Of a stretch of 64,000 nt of DNA, positions 40,687 through 53,700 are shown one piece after another. Position 1 is the first letter of the stretch. Every line of letters begins with the position of its first letter. The notes beneath the pieces are model-generated. The model made no database searches, was not told the DNA's origin, and saw nothing but the letters and a program-made list of their open reading frames with translations. Source of the DNA: Eledone cirrhosa (lineage: Eukaryota); NCBI GenBank assembly GCA_964016885.1, contig OZ024741.1:323392001-323456000 (forward strand), given 5' to 3'. The position numbers and the translations under genes are program-made.

Positions 40687-41053
40687 CATATATATGTATG
40701 AATGTATGTATAGAATATTTGATAATACACTGTATGTTTATTTCAAAACATTTTGAAGACCATAGGCTATGCGTTTTAAAGTAGTGACTATGTCACTTAC
40801 ATAGTTTCGGGAAAAAGCAAAGGGAAGCAACTGATGGCCGTTTCTCGTTCGTTAGCGGTTTGCATATCCTTTCGCTTCCACCGGGATTTATAGAAGCTGG
40901 ATTCTTATAGAATTCTAGTGATGTTTAAGAACTGATTAAACAGAGCAGTTGCCGGTCCAGCAGAAATTAGGAATTACTATCAGTGCTCTGAAATAGCGAT
41001 GTATGAATGTATGTATATATATATTTATATATATATGTGTGTGTGTGTGTATC

Positions 41054-41143
41054 TACAAAGGGTGCACCCTAAAAATGTATACACACTTTGTACAGGCAAT
41101 ATTTATTAGAGAGCTGTTGATGTATGTACACATTTATGGGCAC

Positions 41144-41150
<7 letters not shown>
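41054..41150. mobile_element. Tiny Tc1/mariner-type MITE
   Basis: AGGGTGCACCCTAAAAATGTATACA...TGTACACATTTATGGGCACACCCT with TA flanks. Confidence 0.6.
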
Positions 41151-41226
<76 letters not shown>

Positions 41227-41254
41227 GTGTGTGTGTGTGTCCCTGTGTGTGTGT

Positions 41255-44200
41255 GTGTGAGCCTATGTGTGTCACTCAGTATGTCTCTGTGTGAGCCAGT
41301 ACGTGTCACTCAGTGTGTCTCTGTGTGTGAGCCTGTGTGTGTCACACAGTGTGTCTCTGTGTGAGCCAGTATGTGTCACTCAGTGTGTCTCTGTGTGAGC
41401 CTGTGTGTGTCACACAGTGTGTCTCTGTGTGAGCCAGTATGTGTCACTCAGTGTGTCTCAGTGTGAGCCAGTATGTGTCACTCAGTGTGTCTCTATGTGA
41501 GCCAGTACGTGTCACTCAGTGTGTCTCTGTGTGAGCCAGTACGTGTCACTCAGTGTGTCTCTGTGTGAGCCAGTATGTGTCACTCAGTGTGTCTCAGTGT
41601 GAGCCTGTATGTGTCACTCAGTGAGTCTCTGTGTGAGCCAGTACGTGTCACTCAGTGAGTCTCTGTGTGAGCCAGTACGTGTCACTCAGTGTGTCTCTAT
41701 GTGAGCCAGTATGTGTCACTCAGTGTGTCTCTATGTGAGCCAGTACGTGTCACTCAGTGTGTCTCTGTGTGAGCCAGTACGTGTCACTCAGTGTGTCTCT
41801 GTGTGAGCCAGTAATTGTCACTCAGTGTGTCTCTATGTGAGCCAGTACGTGTCACTCAGTGTGTCTCTGTGTGAGCCAGTACGTGTCACTCAGTGTGTCT
41901 CTGTGTGAGCCAGTATGTGTCACTCAGTGTGTCTCAGTGTGAGCCTGTATGTGTCACTCAGTGAGTCTCTGTGTGTGAGCCTGTGTGTGTCACTCAGTGT
42001 GTCTCGCTGTGTGAGCCAGTACGTGTCACTCAGTGAGACTCAGTGTGAGCCAGTATGTGTCACTCAGTGTGTCTCTATGTGAGCCAGTACGTATCACACA
42101 GTTTGTCTCTGTGTGAGCCAGTATGTGTCACTCAGTGAGTCTCTGTGTGAGCCAGTATGTGTCACTCAGTGTGTCTCTATGTGAGCCAGTACGTATCACA
42201 CAGTTTGTCTCTGTGTGAGCCAGTATGTGTCACTCAGTGAGTCTCTGTGTGAGCCAGTATGTGTCACTCAGTGTGTCTCTATGTGAGCCAGTACGTATCA
42301 CACAGTTTGTCTCTGTGTGAGCCAGTATGTGTCACTCAGTGAGTCTCTGTGTGAGCCAGTATGTGTCACTCAGTGAGTCTCTATGTGAGCCAGTACGTAT
42401 CACACAGTTTGTCTCTGTGTGAGCCAGTACGTGTCACTCAGTGAGTCTCTGTGTGAGCCAGTATGTGTCACTCAGTGTGTCTCTATGTGAGCCAGTACGT
42501 ATCACACAGTTTGTCTCTGTGTGAGCCAGTACGTGTCACTCAGTGAGTCTCTGTGTGAGCCAGTATGTGTCACTCAGTGTGTCTCTGTGTGAGCCAGTAT
42601 GTGTCACTCAGTGAGTCTCTGTGTGAGCCAGTATGGGTCACTCAGTGTGTCTCTATGTGAGCCTGTATGTGTCACTCAGTGAGTCTCTGTGTGAGCCAGT
42701 ATGTGTCACTCAGTGTGTCTCTATGTGAGCCAGTACGTATCACACAGTTTGTCTCTGTGTGAGCCAGTACGTGTCACTCAGTGAGTCTCTGTGTGAGCCA
42801 GTATGTGTCACTCAGTGTGTCTCTATGTGAGCCAGTACGTATCACACAGTTTGTCTCTGTGTGAGCCAGTACGTGTCACTCAGTGAGTCTCTGTGTGAGC
42901 CAGTATGTGTCACTCAGTGTGTCTCTGTGTGAGCCAGTATGTGTCACTCAGTGAGTCTCTGTGTGAGCCAGTATGGGTCACTCAGTGTGTCTCTATGTGA
43001 GCCTGTATGTGTCACTCAGTGAGTCTCTGTGTGAGCCAGTATGTGTCACTCAGTGTGTCTCTATGTGAGCCAGTACGGGTCACTCAGTGTGTCTCTGTGT
43101 GTGAGCCTGTGTGTCACTCAGTGTGTCTCTGAGTGAGCCTGTATGTGTCACTCAGTGAGTCTCTGTGTGAGCCAGTATGTGTCACTCAGTATGTCTCTGT
43201 GTGAGCCAGTATGTGTCACTCAGTGTGTCTCTGTGTGTGAGCCTGTGTGTGTCACTCAGTGTGTCTCTGTGTGAGCCAGTATGTGTCACTCAGTATGTCT
43301 CTGTGTGAGCAAGTATGTGTCACTCAGTGTGTCTCTGTGTGTGAGCCTGTGTGTGTCACTCAGTGTGTCTCTATGTGAGCCAGTACGTGTCACTCAGTGT
43401 GTCTCTGTGTGAGCCAGTACGTGTCACTCAATGTGTCTCTGTGTGAGCCAATATGTGTCACTCAGTGTGTCTCTGCGTGAGCCTGTACGTGTCACTCAGT
43501 GTGTCTCTGTGTGAGCCAGTATGTGTCACTCAGTGTGTCTCTGTGTGAGCCAGTATCTGTCACTCAATGTGTCTCTGTGTGAGCCAGTACGTGTCACTCA
43601 GTGTGTCTCTGTGTGAGCCAGTACGAGTCACTCAGTGAGTCTCTCTGTGTGAGCCAGTATGTCTCTGTGTGAGCCAGTGTGTGACACTCAGTGAGTCTCT
43701 GTGTGAGCCAGTACGTGTCACTCAGTGTGTCTCTGTGTGAGCCAATATGTGTCACTCAGTGTGTCTCTGTGTGAGCCAGTATGTGTCACTCAGTGTGTCT
43801 CTGTGTGAGCCAGTATCTGTCACTCAATGTGTCTCTGTGTGAGCCAGTACGTGTCACTCAGTGTGTCTCTGTGTGAGCCAGTACGTGTCACTCAGTGAGT
43901 CTCTCTGTGTGAGCCAGTATGTCTCTGTGTGAGCCAGTGTGTGACACTCAGTGAGTCTCTGTGTGAGCCAGTGTGTGACACTCAGTGAGTCTCTGTGTGA
44001 GCCAGTACGTGTCACTCAGTGTGTCTCTGTGTGAGCCAGTACGTGTCACTCAGTGTGTCTCTGTGTGAGCCAGTATGTGTCACTCAGTGTGTCTCAGTGT
44101 GAGCCTGTATGTGTCACTCAGTGAGTCTCTGTGTGAGCCAGTACGTGTCACTTAGTGAGTCTCTGTGTGAGCCAGTACGTGTCACTCAGTGTGTCTCTAT

Positions 44201-46200
44201 GTGAGCCAGTATGTGTCACTCAGTGTGTCTCTATGTGAGCCAGTACGTGTAACTCAGTGTGTCTCTGTGTGAGCCAGTAATTGTCACTCAGTGTGTCTCT
44301 ATGTGAGCCAGTACGTGTCACTCAGTGTGTCTCTGTGTGAGCCAGTACGTGTCACTCAGTGTGTCTCTGTGTGAGCCAGTATGTGTCACTCAGTGTGTCT
44401 CAGTGTGAGCCTGTATGTGTCACTCAGTGAGTCTCTGTGTGTGAGCCTGTGTGTGTCACTCAGTGTGTCTCGCTGTGTGAGCCAGTACGTGTCACTCAGT
44501 GAGTCTCTGTGTGAGCCAGTATGTGTCACTCAGTGTGTCTCTATGTGAGCCAGTACGTATCACACAGTTTGTCTCTGTGTGAGCCAGTACGTGTCACTCA
44601 GTGAGTCTCTGTGTGAGCCAGTATGTGTCACTCAGTGTGTCTCTATGTGAGCCAGTATGTATCACACAGTTTGACTCTGTGTGAGCCAGTATGTGTCACT
44701 CAGTGAGTCTCTGTGTGAGCCAGTATGTGTCACTCAGTGTGTCTCTATGTGAGCCAATACGTATCACACAGTTTGTCTCTGTGTGAGCCTGTGTGTCACT
44801 CAGTGTGTCTCTGTGTGAGCCAGTATGTGTCACTCAGTGTGTCTCTATGTGAGCCAGTACGGGTCACTCAGTGAGTCTCTGTGTGAGCCAGTATGTGTCA
44901 CTCAGTGTGTCTCTGTGTGAGCCAGTATGTGTCACTCAGTGAGTCTCTGTGTGAGCCAGTATGTGTCAGTCAGTGTGTCTCTATGTGAGCCTGTATGTGT
45001 CACTCAGTGAGTCTCTGTGTGAGCCAGTATGTGTCACTCAGTGTGTCTCTATGTGAGCCAGTACGGGTCACTCAGTGTGTCTCTGTGTGTGAGCCTGTGT
45101 GTCACTCAGTGTGTCTCTGAGTGAGCCTGTATGTGTCACTCAGTGAGTCTCTGTGTGAGCCAGTATGTGTCACTCAGTATGTCTCTGTGTGAGCCAGTAT
45201 GTGTCACTCAGTGTGTCTCTGTGTGTGAGCCTGTGTGTGTCACTCAGTGTGTCTCTGTGTGAGCCAGTATGTGTCACTCAGTATGTCTCTGTGTGAGCAA
45301 GTATGTGTCACTCAGTGTGTCTCTGTGTGTGAGCCTGTGTGTGTCACTCAGTGTGTCTCTATGTGAGCCAGTACGTGTCACTCAGTGTGTCTCTGTGTGA
45401 GCCAGTACGTGTCACTCAATGTGTCTCTGTGTGAGCCAATATGTGTCACTCAGTGTGTCTCTGCGTGAGCCTGTACGTTTCACTCAGTGTGTCTCTGTGT
45501 GAGCCAGTATGTGTCACTCAGTGAGTCTCTGTGTGAGCCAGTGTGTGACACTCAGTGAGTCTCTGTGTGAGCCAGTACGTGTCACTCAGTGTGTCTCTGT
45601 GTGAGCCAATATGTGTCACTCAGTGTGTCTCTGTGTGAGCCAGTATGTGTCACTCAGTGTGTCTCTGTGTGAGCCAGTATCTGTCACTCAATGTGTCTCT
45701 GTGTGAGCCAGTACGTGTCACTCAGTGTGTCTCTGTGTGAGCCAGTACGTGTCACTCAGTGAGTCTCTCTGTGTGAGCCAGTATGTCTCTGTGTGAGCCA
45801 GTGTGTGACACTCAGTGAGTCTCTGTGTGAGCCAGTGTGTGACACTCAGTGAGGCTCTGTGTGAGCCAGTACGTGTCACTCAGTGTGTCTCTGTGTGAGC
45901 CAGTATGTGTCACTCAGTGTGTCTCTGTGTGAGCCTGCATGTGTCACTCAGCGAGTCTCTGTGTGAACCTGTACGTGTCACTCAGTGTGTCTCTGTGTGA
46001 GCCAGTATGTGTCACTCAGTGTGTCTCTGTGTGAGCCTGCATGTGTCACTCAGCGAGTCTCTGTGTGAACCTGTACGTGTCACTCAGTGTGTCTCTGTGT
46101 GAGCCAGTATGTGTCACTCAGTGTGTCTCTGTGTGAGCCTGCATGTGTCACTCAGCGAGTCTCTGTGTGAACCTGTGAGCTAGTGTGTGTCTGTGTGAGC
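41255..46200. repeat. 34-bp minisatellite (GTGTGAGCCAGTATGTGTCACTCAGTGTGTCTCT)n, roughly 145 units
   Basis: Head-to-tail units without spacers; recurring variant units. Confidence 0.96.
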
Positions 46201-46455
46201 CAATGTCTCTGTGACAGTAATGAGAAGTGGAAAGTTTTATTTTGCAGTGGGTTTATTTTTTAAATGCAGTAAAGCAGGTGACCTTCACAGACAATCTCCT
46301 GAATAGTTGTTAACTAGATATACGTTCCATGGCCTATCAATGCCGCTCTGCCTTCAACAATGACGGCTGATTTATTCCTCAACTTATACAAGACAGCACA
46401 CAAACACACACACATGCTGATACATGCTAATACAAGCATACATACGCACACACAC

Positions 46456-46515
<60 letters not shown>

Positions 46516-46571
46516 ATCAATCTATATATATGAATATATATGCATGTATATATATATTTGAATGTATATAC

Positions 46572-46679
<108 letters not shown>

Positions 46680-46680
46680 G

Positions 46681-46744
<64 letters not shown>

Positions 46745-46745
46745 A

Positions 46746-46822
<77 letters not shown>

Positions 46823-47079
46823 CATTCATATATATATATATATACATGCATACATATTCATATATATAGATTGATATAGATTCATATATACATAAAAATC
46901 TAATGTAGGTGTGTATATGTGAGTTCAATGTATACAGTGGCACGTACACCTATTTCCGAGTGTATTAGATATGTGTGTGTGTGCGTGCGCGCGTGCGTGT
47001 GTGTATATGTGTGTGTGTTTCTCTGTAATGACAGACACGCATCCAAAAGTGTGTATCTATCTATCTATCTATTTATCTA

Positions 47080-47777
47080 TATCTGTATATATATAAAGAC
47101 GAAGTTTTCTGTATGTGTGTGTGTGGACAATTTTTAATGAGGGCTCATATATTCTAAACCATTCATGCGATTTCTTTGAAATTTTTTACAGAGCTTCTCC
47201 TTGCACAAAACCTATACATGATCTCCAAAGGCTTTAAAAAATCGATATTTGGGCCTTTGGAGACATTAAAAAAGTTTCGGTTATTTGAGTGAATTTTCGT
47301 GATTAAGTAAGACAAGAGTTATCTTTAAGTAAGACAAGAGTTATCTTTCGTAATTCGGCTCATTCGGATTTTAATTTACTCTTTGTACTTGAAACAAAAG
47401 GTACGTTCCCTTGAGACTAACAATATCATTTTGTATATTTCACAACCAGCAATTTCTAACAGATTACTAAGTTAATTTATAGATTTGACATTGTATAATT
47501 TACCACCTTCACCACCATCACCAACACCGACATTCTAAGCTTTGGCATGTGAGGGTGGTAATGGGGCTGGAGGCGGTGGTTGTCATTGTCATTGCGGTAG
47601 ACATACTGGTGATGGAGGTGTAGGTGATAGTGGTGAAGGTGGTGATGGTGGTGGTGGTGGTGGAAGTAGTCGTCGTCGTCGTCAAAGTGGGTGGTTTCCT
47701 GTTGGCGATGATGTTCTGGTCTGGTGTATGTTTCATTATCGTGTCATTGGTAAAGCTAATGAAAATAAGATACTAGT
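47080..47777 (+). mobile_element. Possible non-autonomous Helitron-like element
   Basis: Starts TC-TGTATATATATAAAG, followed by a GT-rich stretch, and ends in CTAG|T; weak, motif-level evidence only. Confidence 0.3.
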
Positions 47778-47783
47778 TCTTAT

Positions 47784-50700
47784 GGTTAGGGTTAGGGTTA
47801 GGATAAGGGTTAGGGTTAGGGTTAGGGTTAGGGTTAGGGTTAGGGTTAGCGTTAAGGTTAGGGTTAGGGTTAGGGTTAGGGTTAGGGTAAGGGTTAGCGT
47901 TAGGGTTAGGGTTAGGGTTAGGGTAAGGGTTAGGGTTAGGCTTAGGGTTAGGGTAAGGGTTAGCGTTAGGGTTAGGGTTAGGGTTAGGGTTAGGGTTAGG
48001 GTAAGGGTTAGGGTTAGGGTAAGGGTTAGGGTTAGATTTAGGGTTAGGGTTAGGATTTGGGTTAGGGTTATGGTTAGGGTTAGCGTTAGGGTTAGGGTTA
48101 GGGTTAGGGTTAGCGTTAGGGTTAGGGTTAGAAAGTTAGGGTTAGGGTTAGGGTTAGGGTTAGGGTTAGAAAGATAGGGTTAGGGTTAGGGTTAGGGTTA
48201 GAAAGTTAGGGTTAGAAAGTTAGGGTTAGGGTAAGGGTTAGGGTTAGGATTTGGGTTAGGATTATGGTTAGGGTTAGGGTAAGGGTTAGCGTTAGGGTTA
48301 GGGTTAGGGTTAGGGTTAGAAAGATAGGGTTCGAAAGTTAGGGTTAGGGTTAGGATTAGGGTTAGGGTTAGAAAGTTAATGTTAGAAAGTTAGGGTTAGA
48401 AAGTTAGTGTTAGGGTTAGGGTTAGGGTTAGAAAGTTAGGGTTAGAAAGTTAGGGTTAGAAAGTTAGGGTTAGGGTTAGGGTTAAGGTTAGGGTTAGCGT
48501 TAGGGTTAGGGTTAGGGTTAGGGTTAGAAAGTTATGGTTAGAAAGTTAGGGTTAGAAGGTTAGGGATAGGGTTAGTGTTAGGGTTAGGGTTTGGGTTAGA
48601 AAATTAGGGTTAGAAAGTTAGGGTTAAGGTTAGGGTTAGAAAGTTAGGGTTAGAAAGTTAGGGTTAGGGTTAGGGTTAAGGCTAGGGTTAGGGTTAGTGT
48701 TAGGGTTAGGGTTAGGGTTAGGGTTAGGGTTAGGGTTAGGGTTAAGGTTAGGGTTAGGATTAGTGTTAGGGCTAGGGTTAGGGTTAGAAAGTTAGGGTTA
48801 GAATGTTAGGGTTAGGGTTAGGGTTAGAAAGTTAGGTTTAGTGTTCCGGGTTAAGGTTAGGGTTAGGGTTAGGGTTAGGTTTAGAAATTAGGGTTAGAAA
48901 GTTAGGGTTAGGTTTAGGCTTAGGTTTAGGGTTAGGGCTAGGGTTAAGGTTAGAAAGTTAGGGTTAGAAATTAGGGTTAGGGTTAGGGTTAGGATTAGAG
49001 TTAGCTTAGAAAGTTAGGGTTAGAAAGCTATTCTTAGGGATAGGGTTATGGTAGAACGTAAGGAGTAGTCTTAGTGTTAGGAATAGGGTTAGGGTTAGGG
49101 TTAGGGTTAGGTTTAGGGTGAGGGTTAGGGTTAGAAAGTTAGGGATAGGGTTAGGGTTAGGGTTAGGGTTAGGGTTAGAAAGTTAGAGTTAGAAAGTTAG
49201 GTCTAGGGTTAGTGTTAAGGTTAGAGTTAGGATTAGTGTTAGTGTTAGGGTTAGAAAGTTAGAGTTAGAATGTTACGGTTAGGTTAGTGTTAGGGTTACG
49301 ATTATAAAGCTAGGTTTAGGGTTAGGATTAGTGTTAGGGTATGGGTTAGGGTTAGGGTTAGGGTTAGAGTTTGGGTTAGTGTTAGGGTTAGGGTTAGGGT
49401 TAGGGTTAGAACGTTAAGGTTAGGGTTAGGGTTAGAAAGTTAGGATTAGAAAGTTAGTGCTAGGGTTAGGGTTAGGGTTAGAGTTAGGGACAGGGTTAGG
49501 GTTAGAACGTTAAGGTTAGGGTTAGGGTTAGAAAGTTAGAGTTAGGGTTAGTGTTAGGGTTAGAAAGTTAGGACTAGAAAGTTAAAGGTAAGGTTAGGGA
49601 TAGGGTTAGTGTTAGGGTTAGGGTTAGAAAGTTAGGGTAAGAGTTAGGGTTAGGGTTAGGGTTAGAAAGATAGGGTTAGGGTTAGGGTTAGGGTTAGAAA
49701 GTTAGGGTTAGAAAGTTAGGGTTAGGGTAAGGGTTAGGGTTAGGATTTGGGTTAGGATTATGGTTAGGGTTAGGGTAAGGGTTAGCGTTAGGGTTAGGGT
49801 TAGGGTTAGGGTTAGAAAGATAGGGTTAGGGTTAGGGTTAGGATTAGGATTAGGGTTAGGGTTAGAAAGTTAGGGTTAGAAAGTTAGTGTTAGGGTTAGG
49901 GTTAGGGTTAGAAAGTTAGGGTTAGAAAGTTAGGGTTAGGGTTAGTGTTAAGGTTAGGGTTAGCGTTAGGGTTAGGGTTAGGGTTAGGGTTAGGGTTAGG
50001 GTTAGAAAATTAGGGTTAGAAAGTTAGGGTTAGGGTTAGGGTTTGGATTAGAAAGTTAGGGTTAGAAAGTGAGGGTTAGAAAGTTAGGGTTAGAAAGTTA
50101 GGGTTAGGGTTAGGGTTAGGGCTAGGGTTAGGGTTAGTGTTATGGTTAGGGTTAGGTTAGGGTTAGGGTTAAGGTTAGGGTTAGGATTAGTGTTAGGGTT
50201 AGAGTTAGGGTTAGAAAGTTAGGGTTAGAATGTTAGGGTTAGGGTTAGGGTTAGAAAGTTAGGTTTAGTGTTTCGGGTTAGGGTTAGGTTTAGGGTTAGG
50301 GTTAGGGTTAGGGTTAGAAAGTTAGGGTTAGAAAGTGAGGGTTAGAGTTAGGGTTAGGGTTAGGATTAGAGTTTGCTTAGAAAGTTAGGGTTAGAAAGCT
50401 ATTGTTAGGGATAGGGTTATGGTAGAACGTAAGGAGTAGTCTTAGTGTTAGGAATAGGGTTAGGGTTAGGGTTAGGGTTGGGTTAGGGTTAGGGTTAGAA
50501 AGTTAGGGTTAGAATGTTAGGGTTAGGGTTAGGGTTAGAAAGTTAGGTTTAGTGTTTCGGGTTAGGGTTAGGTTTAGGGTTAGGGTTAGGGTTAGGGTTA
50601 GAAAGTTAGGGTTAGAAAGTGAGGGTTAGAGTTAGGGTTAGGGTTAGGATTAGAGTTTGCTTAGAAAGTTAGGGTTAGAAAGCTATTGTTAGGGATAGGG

Positions 50701-53700
50701 TTATGGTAGAACGTAAGGAGTAGTCTTAGTGTTAGGAATAGGGTTAGGTTTAGGGTGAGGGTTAGGGTTAGAAAGTTAGGGTTAGGGTTAGGGTTAGGGT
50801 TAGGGTTAGGGTTAGAAAGTTAGGGTCATAAAGTTAGGTCTAGGGTTACTGTTAAGGTTAGAGTTAGGATTAGTGTTAGTGTTAGGGTTAGAAAGTTAGA
50901 GTTAGAATGTTAGGGTTTGGTTAGTGTTAGGTTTACGATTATAAAGTTAGGTTTAGGGTTAGGATTAGTGTTAGGGTATGGGTTAGGGTTAGGGTTAGGG
51001 TTAGGGTTAGGGTTAAGGTTAGTGTTTGGGTTAGGGTTAGGGTTAGGGTTAGGATTAAGGATAGGGTTTGGGTTAGAACGTTAAAGTTAGGGTTAGGGTT
51101 AGAAAGTTAGGATTAGAAAGTTAGAGTTAGGGTTAGTGTTAGGGTTAGAAAGTTAGGACTAGAAAGTTAAAGGTAAGGTTAGGGATAGGGTTAGTGTTAG
51201 GGTTAGGGTTAGGGTTAGGGATAGGGTTAGGTTTAGAAAGTTAGGGTTAGAAATTTAGGGTTAGGGTTAGAAAGTTTGGGTTAGAAAGTTAGGGTTAGTG
51301 TTATGGTTATGGTTAGGGTTAGAAAGTTAGGGTTAGAGTTAGGGTTAGGGTTAGGATTAGAGTTAGCTTAGAAAGTTAGACTCAGAAAGCTATTGTTAGG
51401 ATAGGGTTATGGTAGAACGTAAGGAGTAGTCTTAGTGTTAGGAATAGGGTTAGGGTTAGGGTTAGGTTTAGGGTGAGGGATAGGGTTAGAAAGTTAGGGT
51501 TAGGGTTAGGGTTAGGGTTAGGGTTAGGGTTAGAAAGTTAGGGTTAGAAAGTTAGGGTTAGAAAGTTAGGTTTAGGGTTAGTGTTAAGGTTAGGGTTAGG
51601 ATTAATGTTAGTGTTAGTGTTAGAAATTTAGAGTTAGTATGTTAGGGTTAGGTTAGTGTTAGGTTTACGATTATAAAGTTAGGTTTAGTGTTAGGATTAG
51701 TGTTAGGGTATGGGTTAGGGTTAGGGTTAGGGTTAGGGTTAGGGTTAGAGTTTGGGTTAGTGTTAAGGTTAGGGTTAGGGTTAGGGTTAGAACGTTAAGG
51801 TTAGGGTTAGGGTTAGAAAGTTAGGATTAGAAAGTTAGTGCTAGGGTTAGGGTTAGGGTTAGTGTTAGGGTTAGGGTTAGAGTTTGGGTTAGTGTTAAGG
51901 TTAGGGTTAGGGTTAGGGTTAGAACGTTAAGGTTAGGGTTAGGGTTAGAAAGTTAGGATTAGAAAGTTAGTGCTAGGGTTAGGGTTAGGGTTAGTGTTAG
52001 GGTTAGGGTTAGAAAGTTAGGACTAGAAAATTAAAGGTAAGGTTAGGGATAGGGTTAGTGTTAGGGTTAGGGGTAGGGTTAGGGATAGGGTTAGGGTTAA
52101 GGTTACGGTTAGTGTTGGGTTTAGAAAGTTAGGTTTAGAAAGTTAGTGCTAGGGTTAGGGTTAGGGTTAGTGTTAGGGTTAGGGTTAGGGTTAGGGTTAG
52201 GGTGAGGCTTAGCGTTAGGGTTAGGAATGTGTTTAGGGTTAGGTTCTGGGTTAAAGCTAGGGTTAGGGATAGGATTAGGGTTAGTGTTAGGGTTAGAACG
52301 TTAGGGTTAGAAAATTAGGGTTAGGGTTACGTTTAGGGTTAGGGTTAGGGTTAGGGTTAGGGTTTGAAAGTTAGGATTAAAAAGTTAGAGTTAGGGTTAG
52401 GGTTAGTGTTAGGGTTAGAAAGTTAGGGCTAGAAAGTTAGATGTGAGGTTAGGGATAGTTTTAGGTTTAGGGTTAGAATGATAGGGTTAGGGTTAGGGTA
52501 AAGGTTAGGGTTAGAAAGTTATGTCGAAGCTTAGGGTTACGGTGATGGTTATGGTTAGGGTTAGGGTTAGAAAGTTAGGGTTAGAAAGTTTGGGTTAGGG
52601 TTAGGGTTAGGTTTAGGGTTAGAAAGTAAGGGTTAGTAAGTTAGGGTTAGGGTTAGGGTTAGGGTTAGGGTAAGGGTTAGGGTTAGGGTTAGTGTTAGGA
52701 TATGGGTAAGCGTTAGGGTTAGGGTTAGGGTTAGTGATAGAAAGTTTGGGTTAGGGTCAGAAAGTTTGGTTTAGGGTTAGGGTTAGTGTTAGGATTAGAA
52801 ATTAGTGTTAGATAGTTAGGGTTATGGTTAGGGTTACGGTTAGGGTGAGGGTTAGGGATAGGATTAGGCTTAGAAAGTTAGCGTTAGACAGTTAGGGTTA
52901 GGGTTAGAAAGTTTGGGTTAGGGTTAGGGCTAGGGTTAGGATTAGAAAGTTAAGGTTAGGGTTAGGGTTAGGGTTAGAAATTATGGTTAGGTTTAGGGTT
53001 AGGGTTAGGGTTAGGGTTAGGGTTAGAAAATTAAGGTTAGGGTTAGGGTTAGGGTTAGAATGTTTGGGTTAGAAAGATAGGGTTAGTGTTAGGGTTAGAA
53101 AGTTATGGTTAGGGTTAGGGCTAGGGTTAGGATTAGAAAGTTAGGGTTAGGGTTAGGGTTAGGGTTAGGGTTAGGGTTAGAAATTATGGTTAGGTTTAGG
53201 GTTAGGGTTAGGGTTAGGGTTAGAATGTTTGGGTTAGAAAGATAGGGTTAGGGTTAAGGTTAGCGTTAGGGTTAGGGTTATGGTTAGGTTTAGAAAGTTA
53301 TGGTTAGGGCTAGGGTTAGGGTTAAGGTTAGGTTTAGGGTATGGGTTAGGGTTAGGCTTAGAATGTTACGGTTTGAAAGTTAGGGTTAGGGTTAGGGTTA
53401 GAATGTTTGGGTTAGAAAGTCAGGGTTATGGTTAGGGGTAGGGTTAGTGTAAGGGATAGAAATATCGCGTTAGAAAAGTTAGGATTAGTTGTAGGGTTAG
53501 GGTTAGGGTTAGGGTTAGGGTTTGGGTTAGGGTTAGGTACTGGGTTAAGGCTAAGGTTAGGGATAGGGTTAGGGTTAGTGTTAGGGTTAGAACGTTAGGG
53601 TTAGAAAATTAGGGTTAGGGTTAGGGTTAGGTGTAGGGTTAGGGGTAGGTTTTGAAACTTAGGATTAAAAAGTTAGGGTTAGGGTTAGGTTTAGGGTTAG

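Noticed and set aside
41255-46200. CRISPR-like array (34-bp repeats)
   Set aside because: Units are contiguous with no unique spacers, there are no cas genes, and the context is eukaryotic
47542-48177. 211-aa ORF with VR dipeptide run
   Set aside because: By-product of a GGT-rich segment running into TTAGGG
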